Positions 58,377 through 64,000 of a stretch of DNA of 64,000 nucleotides are shown here, piece by piece. A model generated the notes under the pieces. It saw only the letters and a list, made by a program, of their open reading frames with translations. It was not told the origin of the DNA and ran no database searches. A program made the position numbers and the translations under genes. Numbering within the stretch: the stretch's first letter is position 1; every line of letters starts with the position of its first letter. Location of the stretch: contig OZ220744.1 in NCBI GenBank assembly GCA_965116925.1, positions 3,840,001-3,904,000 of the forward strand, written 5' to 3'. Source of the DNA: Candidatus Poribacteria bacterium. GTDB lineage: Bacteria > Poribacteria > WGA-4E > PCPOR2b.

Positions 58377-59918
58377 ATGCCTACTCCTCCTGACTATCGG
58401 ATTATCTACAATTGGGATGGTGCTCCCCACGGCTACTCTGAGCCGCCGCAGTCTGTAAATGCTTTTCTGGAAAAGGCTTACGCCCCTCTAGAAGATACGC
58501 AGGTCGGTGCCCATTTCTGGTGTATAGGGGAACATGCCGCTCGCTGGCAAAGTGATGTCCTTGAACAGCTCGGTGATGTCCATGGTCGGCGTTATGAGAG
58601 TGCTCCGTCATACATCCACACTGAAAACATCCGTCGGATGGCAGAGCGCGGCGAAGATCCGCAGCAAGCCATTATTGATCGTGGGCATCAACTTGGGATG
58701 CATGTCTACGCCTCAGTACGCATGAATGATAATCACTTCAGTGGAGCGCAGATCGCTGATTTGGAAACACTGCATCACACGGAACTGACACAGATGCGGA
58801 TCAAACATCCGGAGTGGCTGCTCGGCGATCAGACATCGGAGTGGTTCGCGCTCTCATGGAACTTCGCTGTCCCCGAAATACGGGAACATCGCTACGCACA
58901 CATCAAAGAAATCTGTGAACGATATGACTGGGATGGCGTCGAATTGGACTGGCAACGACACGCCTTTCACCTACCTGCCGACGATGCGTACCGATTCCGA
59001 TACGTCCTGACCGACCTTCAACGAGCGGTGCGACAGATGACCGACGCGCTAGCGCAGAAGCGCGGGAAACCGTTCTACTTAGCGGCGCGTGTGTCTGGTA
59101 CGTTGGAGATGTGCCGCAACATCGGATACGACATTCCGACTTGGGTAAACGAGGGGTTGGTGGACATCCTGATTCCTGCGGGTGGTGCTGCGACGGATCC
59201 TTCCCTAGATGTCGCAGCTTTTGTTGAACTGTGCCGAGATAAGCCGATTGCGGTCTACCCCGGATTTGATGGCGGCTTGCCCGACCCTTTCGTGGGACCT
59301 GAAGATGCCGAGACCAAAGACCGAATGCGTACCCGCGCTATCGCTAGTCGATACCACAGTGCAGGCGCAGATGGCATCTATGTCTTTAACTGGCACGCAA
59401 ACCGCAATTCGAGACGAGAATTGCTTTCGCAGATTGGATCACCCGATACATTGCAAGGCACGGACAAAATTTATGCGGCAACCCATCGCTTTCTACAGGA
59501 GACAGGAGAATGGCGGGGTGCTTACCGAAATGACCGCCTTTGGGGCGATGTCCCGGTTGCTCTGAAGCGGACGATCACCGGTGAGGGTCCAACGATTAGG
59601 CTAAATGTAGTGGACGATTTATCGCCTGACACCCCGAAACAGATTGAGCTACGGGTGCGACTGGATCAGTGGGTGCGTGGCGATGTGGTGAGGGTCTCGT
59701 GGGATGGGACAGTCCTTGATAATCCCACAATTCGCTACTGTACCATCAATGACCCGCATCGTATTTCGGACGTGAGCGGGGCAGCGTGGTTGTGTTTTGA
59801 GATGGAGGTGCCTCTAGGTGTCGGTTCACACGAAGTCAAGGTTGTGCTTGAGGAACGTCACCCGAAGGTTGCCTCTGACATCGTGTTGACAGATGTGGAG
59901 TTGGTCGTCCGCTTTTAA
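58377..59918 (+). CDS. Glycoside hydrolase-like family 10 (GHL10/DUF187-like) TIM barrel protein
   Basis: 'IIYNWDG', 'SVRMND.H', 'NFAVPEIR', 'YDWDGVELDW.R', 'GADGIYVFN'. Confidence 0.65.
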   Translation: MPTPPDYRIIYNWDGAPHGYSEPPQSVNAFLEKAYAPLEDTQVGAHFWCIGEHAARWQSDVLEQLGDVHGRRYESAPSYIHTENIRRMAERGEDPQQAIIDRGHQLGMHVYASVRMNDNHFSGAQIADLETLHHTELTQMRIKHPEWLLGDQTSEWFALSWNFAVPEIREHRYAHIKEICERYDWDGVELDWQRHAFHLPADDAYRFRYVLTDLQRAVRQMTDALAQKRGKPFYLAARVSGTLEMCRNIGYDIPTWVNEGLVDILIPAGGAATDPSLDVAAFVELCRDKPIAVYPGFDGGLPDPFVGPEDAETKDRMRTRAIASRYHSAGADGIYVFNWHANRNSRRELLSQIGSPDTLQGTDKIYAATHRFLQETGEWRGAYRNDRLWGDVPVALKRTITGEGPTIRLNVVDDLSPDTPKQIELRVRLDQWVRGDVVRVSWDGTVLDNPTIRYCTINDPHRISDVSGAAWLCFEMEVPLGVGSHEVKVVLEERHPKVASDIVLTDVELVVRF

Positions 59919-59953
59919 GGCAGTTATTATGTGAGATGCACATTGATACCCTT

Positions 59954-60172
59954 GAACCAAAGAAGAACTATCAGTCAATAACCCCGCCCTGAAGGGCGAG
60001 GCTTGCAATCCCGTGCCAACGGGCACTTGCAAGTTAAACCGTTGACTAGACGATTATATCGCGGGTCTAAGGCGTGGCAGCCTAACTGATGTTTCAGGTG
60101 CTCCCCAAGCCTGATTCCGCTCTGATGCCGTGATGTCGATGGGGTAATACACACACCCACAGGAGTGATTTA
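59954..60172 (+). ncRNA. IsrB omegaRNA (HEARO-like) with 5' guide from flanking DNA
   Basis: gtcaa...ttgact closing stem, gcttgcaa/ttgcaagt and gtgcc/ggcac hairpins, caggtgctccccaagcctg with gtcgatggggta pseudoknot partner, directly upstream of the PLMP ORF. Confidence 0.75.
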
Positions 60173-61240
60173 CAATGTTTGTTCCTGTCGTTGACAAAAA
60201 GCGTAACCCCTTAATGCCGACCACACCCGCAAGGGCAAGGAAGTGGGTGAAGTCGGGGAAAGCCACACCGTTTTTTCGGAATGGCGTATTCTGTGTAAGG
60301 TTGAATGGCGAACCCTCTGGCACCCAAACCCAAGAGATAGCCGTTGGGATTGACCCCGGTAGCAAGAAAGAAGGATTCACTGTCAAGTCAGAGAAATCGA
60401 CATATCTGAATGTACAAGCCGACGCTCATAACAAGGTTAGCAAAAAAGTTGAAGCACGGCGTCAATTGAGGCGGGGTAGACGGTCACGGAAGTGTCCGAA
60501 TCGGAAGCACCGCACCAACCGCATGGTCAATAAACAACGGATACCCGCCGGCACACGGACACGGTGGGATTGGAAACTCCGAATCCTCGACTACCTGTCC
60601 ACGATGTTTCCGATAACGCATGTCTGTGTTGAGGATATCAAAGCACGGACATCGAAAGGTGCCCGTACCTGGAACGAGTCTTTTAGCCCCCTTGAGGTAG
60701 GGAAGCAATGGTTCTACGCTGAAATCCAGAAGCGTTGGATATTGGTCACACTCAAAGGTTTTGAAACAAAAGCAATTCGTGATTCGCTCGGACTCAAGAA
60801 GTCTGGCAACAAGATGTCCAACGACTTCAACGCCCATTGCGTAGACTCATGGTGCTTGGCATACCATGTAGTCGGAAGCGATACAGATCGAGTGGACAAT
60901 ACTGGTGTGTTTTATGTCAGTCCGATACCCATTGCACGGCGGCAATTGCACAGACAGAACCCACAGAAGGGTGGCAGACGCCCACGCTACGGCGGTACAA
61001 TGTGCAAGGGCATAGCCAAGAACACACTGGTAAAGCATGTAAAATATGGATTGACGCGTGTTAGCGGATATATGGAGCAAAAAGGTTATTCCCTATACGC
61101 GTTGGAGGGCAAACGTCTCACTCAGTCTGCCAAACGTGAGAGTTTCAAACTCCTCACACGATTAAACTTTAACTATATCTAAGAAGGAGCACTGTTTCCT
61201 CCCCGCCTTAAAAGACCGGGTTTCCACAGCGAAGATTTCG
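59974..61240 (+). mobile_element. IS200/IS605-derived isrB element (no tnpA)
   Basis: Begins GTCAATAACCCCGCCCTGAAGGGCGAGG; terminal hairpin ccccgccttaaaagaccggg near 61200; 3' flank ATGA. Confidence 0.75.
60175..61182 (+). CDS. isrB: RNA-guided nickase IsrB (IscB-like, lacking HNH)
   Basis: 'PLMPT' N-terminus, RuvC-I 'GIDPGSK', Arg-rich bridge helix 'RRQLRRGRRSR', RuvC-II 'VEDI', RuvC-III 'HCVDSW'; 335 aa with no CxxC/HNH. Confidence 0.85.
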   Translation: MFVPVVDKKRNPLMPTTPARARKWVKSGKATPFFRNGVFCVRLNGEPSGTQTQEIAVGIDPGSKKEGFTVKSEKSTYLNVQADAHNKVSKKVEARRQLRRGRRSRKCPNRKHRTNRMVNKQRIPAGTRTRWDWKLRILDYLSTMFPITHVCVEDIKARTSKGARTWNESFSPLEVGKQWFYAEIQKRWILVTLKGFETKAIRDSLGLKKSGNKMSNDFNAHCVDSWCLAYHVVGSDTDRVDNTGVFYVSPIPIARRQLHRQNPQKGGRRPRYGGTMCKGIAKNTLVKHVKYGLTRVSGYMEQKGYSLYALEGKRLTQSAKRESFKLLTRLNFNYI

Positions 61241-61756
61241 ATGACGCTAGACAGTCAATATCAACCTAAAAAAACGACAGTGGATGCGGCAGCTGAAAGT
61301 TCCGATAGATCGGAATGTCCCGATCGAATCGGGATCCTCGGTGCGGGACTCGAAGGGCATAAGTTAGTGATTATCTGCCGAGCCGTCGTTTTTACACTTC
61401 TGACGCTATATGTCGTATTTGGTCCCTTTTATAAACAGGTCCTGAAGGGTAAATCAGACGCCTTCCGGGCATGGCGGATGTATCATACTCGTGGAATCGG
61501 CGTTTGTGATGTAGAATTTTTCATTCGACATCCAGATGGCCGTATCGAGTACATTGACCGTTTCCAAGTATTAGGTCGTGACAAATTGCTGGGATCACAT
61601 CACTCTGCGCGGCGGATCATGTGGGTAGAAGGTGTGTTGGCGGTGGGGCAACGTCTACGACAGAAAGTAGGGAATGTTGCTGATTTGCGGGTAAACGCCC
61701 GTATCGGCACCCGTGACGGATGGAAAACCCTATATGTGGATAAACGCATCGAATAA
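61241..61756 (+). CDS. Single-TM partner of the HTTM protein (SdpA/DUF5819-like)
   Basis: One TM segment followed by 'FRAWRMY'; adjacent to the HTTM gene. Confidence 0.5.
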   Translation: MTLDSQYQPKKTTVDAAAESSDRSECPDRIGILGAGLEGHKLVIICRAVVFTLLTLYVVFGPFYKQVLKGKSDAFRAWRMYHTRGIGVCDVEFFIRHPDGRIEYIDRFQVLGRDKLLGSHHSARRIMWVEGVLAVGQRLRQKVGNVADLRVNARIGTRDGWKTLYVDKRIE

Positions 61757-61786
61757 TAAAGGGTAACAGCGGAAACATAATCAGCC

Positions 61787-62620
61787 TTGCAAGCCATATT
61801 ACGCCTCCTACAGCATTTCTATAACTGGGCATTGTGTTATCGTGATTCCACCCGTTCCGTGGGCTTAATCCGAATCGGATTGGTTCTGCTCATCTGGTCT
61901 GAATGGGCAGGTGAACTGATACTCTGTCGGGATGTACGGCTGGGTGCCATTCTACTCAATTCTGCGTTTTTCCTCTTTAGTGGGCTTATGTGTGTCGGGC
62001 TATGGACGCGCGTGTCATCAATGGGCACAGCCATCATTGCCTCGATTTTGTTTAGCATACATGGAGAATTCAGGCATCATCACACCTTCCTCTTGGTCAT
62101 GGTTACCTTCTTCATCGCGCTGACACCGTGTGGCCGCTCATATTCCTTAGATCGTTGGTTGGCACTCCGCCGCTCGCTAAAATCAAGTTTACCACCACCA
62201 CCTGAAATCGGCAATCTGTGGGGGCTACGCCTCATTGCCATTCAATTGTCGATGGTCTATTTCTGGACCGCCTATGAAAAACTTTACTGGGGATTTTTGA
62301 GTGGTGCCCGTATGGAACTCCTCGTTTACAACTATTATGCGGGGTATGACTACGCAAATATCCCTGGGTTTTCTGTGATCTGCTGTATTGTTGCAATTAC
62401 TACTGTGATACTGGAATTTCTACTGGCTTTCGGGCTGTATATCCCCAAATTTCGCAAATACTTGATGCCTGCTGGGATCGCCTTGCATGTCCTTTTTTAC
62501 CTCTTATTACCTATCCGCACTTTCACTTTAGCCATGATTCTCTTGTACCTCGCTTTCATCCCAGCGACTTCCGTTCACCGTTTCATTGACGACATGCACG
62601 AGGGTTATCAACCTGCTTAA
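61787..62620 (+). CDS. HTTM domain membrane protein (vitamin K-dependent carboxylase/SdpB-like)
   Basis: 'GLIRIG', 'GLWTR', 'HHHT', 'YSLDR', 'QLSMVYFWTAYEKL', 'GIALH'. Confidence 0.8.
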   Translation: MQAILRLLQHFYNWALCYRDSTRSVGLIRIGLVLLIWSEWAGELILCRDVRLGAILLNSAFFLFSGLMCVGLWTRVSSMGTAIIASILFSIHGEFRHHHTFLLVMVTFFIALTPCGRSYSLDRWLALRRSLKSSLPPPPEIGNLWGLRLIAIQLSMVYFWTAYEKLYWGFLSGARMELLVYNYYAGYDYANIPGFSVICCIVAITTVILEFLLAFGLYIPKFRKYLMPAGIALHVLFYLLLPIRTFTLAMILLYLAFIPATSVHRFIDDMHEGYQPA

Positions 62621-62638
62621 AGAGGAGACGACATAACC

Positions 62639-63886
62639 ATGAAAGTCACCGATATCGAAACACACGTTATCTGTCCACCGTTTCAAGCATGGAATAGCGA
62701 GGCATTGACGCGCTATCAGGGTCCTGACTTCCGTTATCGCACGGTCTTTGTTGTTCGCACGGATAACGGGTTGGAAGGTTTAGGTGAGCATGTCGGCAAA
62801 TTATGGGATGGGATGGATGAATGGATTGAGCAGCTGCGCGGTACGAATCCGTGCGATTGGTTAGCGCACCCATCGCTCCCTATCGCCCTCGCGCCAGCAA
62901 TCTACGATCTGGTCGGCAAATACAACGACGTTCCTGCTTACAAACTGTTCGGACCACAAGCCCGTTCACGCGTACCGATGGCGGCGTGGACCGTCTCACA
63001 AACACCTAAAAAGATGGCAGAGGAGGTTGAGCACGCAGCCGCTGCGGGTTACACATGGCTCAAGTTCCACACCTTCCACTGCCACAACGTTGTCGCACAG
63101 ACCGAGGCGATGCAGCTTAGGCTTGAGGAGAACGCAACGTCGGGCTTTAAGATTCATTACGATATCAACTTCGACAATACGGTGGAACATGTCTTGGACT
63201 TGGCGCGGGAATTGATACAGTTCCCTATTGCAGGAGCGATTGAAGACCCGTTGCGTACGCACGATTTTGAAGGGTATCGCATACTGCGAGACAAATGTCC
63301 GCTGCCGATCTACTTCCACCATCTACCGCTAGGTGGACGGGAGGCGTTGATGGGACTCGCAGACGGGTACATGCTGGGTCACGCCTCCCCTGGACAGGTT
63401 ATTCAACGGGCAGGCCTGTTTGAAGCGGCGAATGTGCCGTTCATGATGCAGAACACAGGTGGTAACATCACACGAGCATTTATCGCACACATGGCAGCGG
63501 TCTTCCCGATGGCGACACTTCACCACGTTACCTGCACCCATTTGTGGGAAGAGGACGTTGTGACACCGGCGTTAGAGGTTGCTGGCGGGACAGCGCGTGT
63601 GCCAGAGGAGCCGGGGTTGGGCGTGACGCTTGATCGTGATGCGCTTGCTCACTGGTCTAAAGTTGAACCTGAACCATTACCACGCGCTTTGATACAGATT
63701 CAATATGCAGGTCTCGCGCCGATTTACGCACGGCTGCCCGTCCGTTCTGTGGGCGATGGTCTGGGCACCGGTCCAAGTTTCATAGATGGACACGGTCCCG
63801 GTTATAATCAGCCGGTTGATATGTACTTCTGGGATGATGATGGTTCGGCAGCGTTTGCGGAAGCGTGGGAACGCACGGAAGACTGA
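62639..63886 (+). CDS. Mandelate racemase/muconate lactonizing (enolase superfamily) enzyme
   Basis: 'TDNGLEGLGE', 'AIYDLVGK...PAYKLFG', 'LKFH', 'IEDP', 'PGLGV'. Confidence 0.85.
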   Translation: MKVTDIETHVICPPFQAWNSEALTRYQGPDFRYRTVFVVRTDNGLEGLGEHVGKLWDGMDEWIEQLRGTNPCDWLAHPSLPIALAPAIYDLVGKYNDVPAYKLFGPQARSRVPMAAWTVSQTPKKMAEEVEHAAAAGYTWLKFHTFHCHNVVAQTEAMQLRLEENATSGFKIHYDINFDNTVEHVLDLARELIQFPIAGAIEDPLRTHDFEGYRILRDKCPLPIYFHHLPLGGREALMGLADGYMLGHASPGQVIQRAGLFEAANVPFMMQNTGGNITRAFIAHMAAVFPMATLHHVTCTHLWEEDVVTPALEVAGGTARVPEEPGLGVTLDRDALAHWSKVEPEPLPRALIQIQYAGLAPIYARLPVRSVGDGLGTGPSFIDGHGPGYNQPVDMYFWDDDGSAAFAEAWERTED

Positions 63887-64000
63887 TTTGACATTGCAGT
63901 TGACTCCTCCATTCTAAGTATCGCCTCAAAAACCTACCTCTCCCCACTCTGAATTATAAGGATACCCATCAATCACACAAAACTTCCTGTCACTTTTTTT

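Noticed and set aside
60175..61182. IscB or Cas9 call
   Set aside because: Only 335 aa, with no CxxC/HNH insertion between RuvC-II and RuvC-III; fits IsrB

Overview
A 64-kb bacterial chromosomal segment. The many LamG/FN3 secreted proteins with a 'V-x-P-x-x-K-L-A-x-x-W-x-x-I-K' C-terminus, together with Gfo/Idh/MocA, enolase-superfamily and TIM-barrel sugar enzymes, suggest a Candidatus Poribacteria-like organism (inference). Housekeeping genes are ilvBNC (preceded by a complete T-box riboswitch with a Val GUC specifier), sodA, guaA, panB, ppk2 and tRNA-Leu(CAG). Accessory genes include a sugar ABC transporter with two paralogous Tat/lipoprotein binding proteins, several GNATs and methyltransferases, and glycoside-hydrolase-like proteins. 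There are two RNA-guided IS200/IS605-derived elements. The first is a tnpB-only element (8835-10238) with an inferred TTAT target/TAM and a compact pseudoknotted 5' leader RNA. The second is an isrB element (59974-61240) whose 3' ATGA flank is the start codon of the next gene. Other notable items: a tandem array of seven secreted LamG paralogues with variable loops on a conserved scaffold and a shared putative C-terminal sorting signal; at least five families of small MITE-like elements, each wrapped around a REP-type hairpin, with one family nested into the REP loop of another; tandem NrdR-like boxes in front of an orphan gene; and two unusual domain fusions (zinc anti-sigma + HTH; HTH + ADP-ribosyltransferase-like). 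All calls come from reading motifs by eye; no database searches were run.
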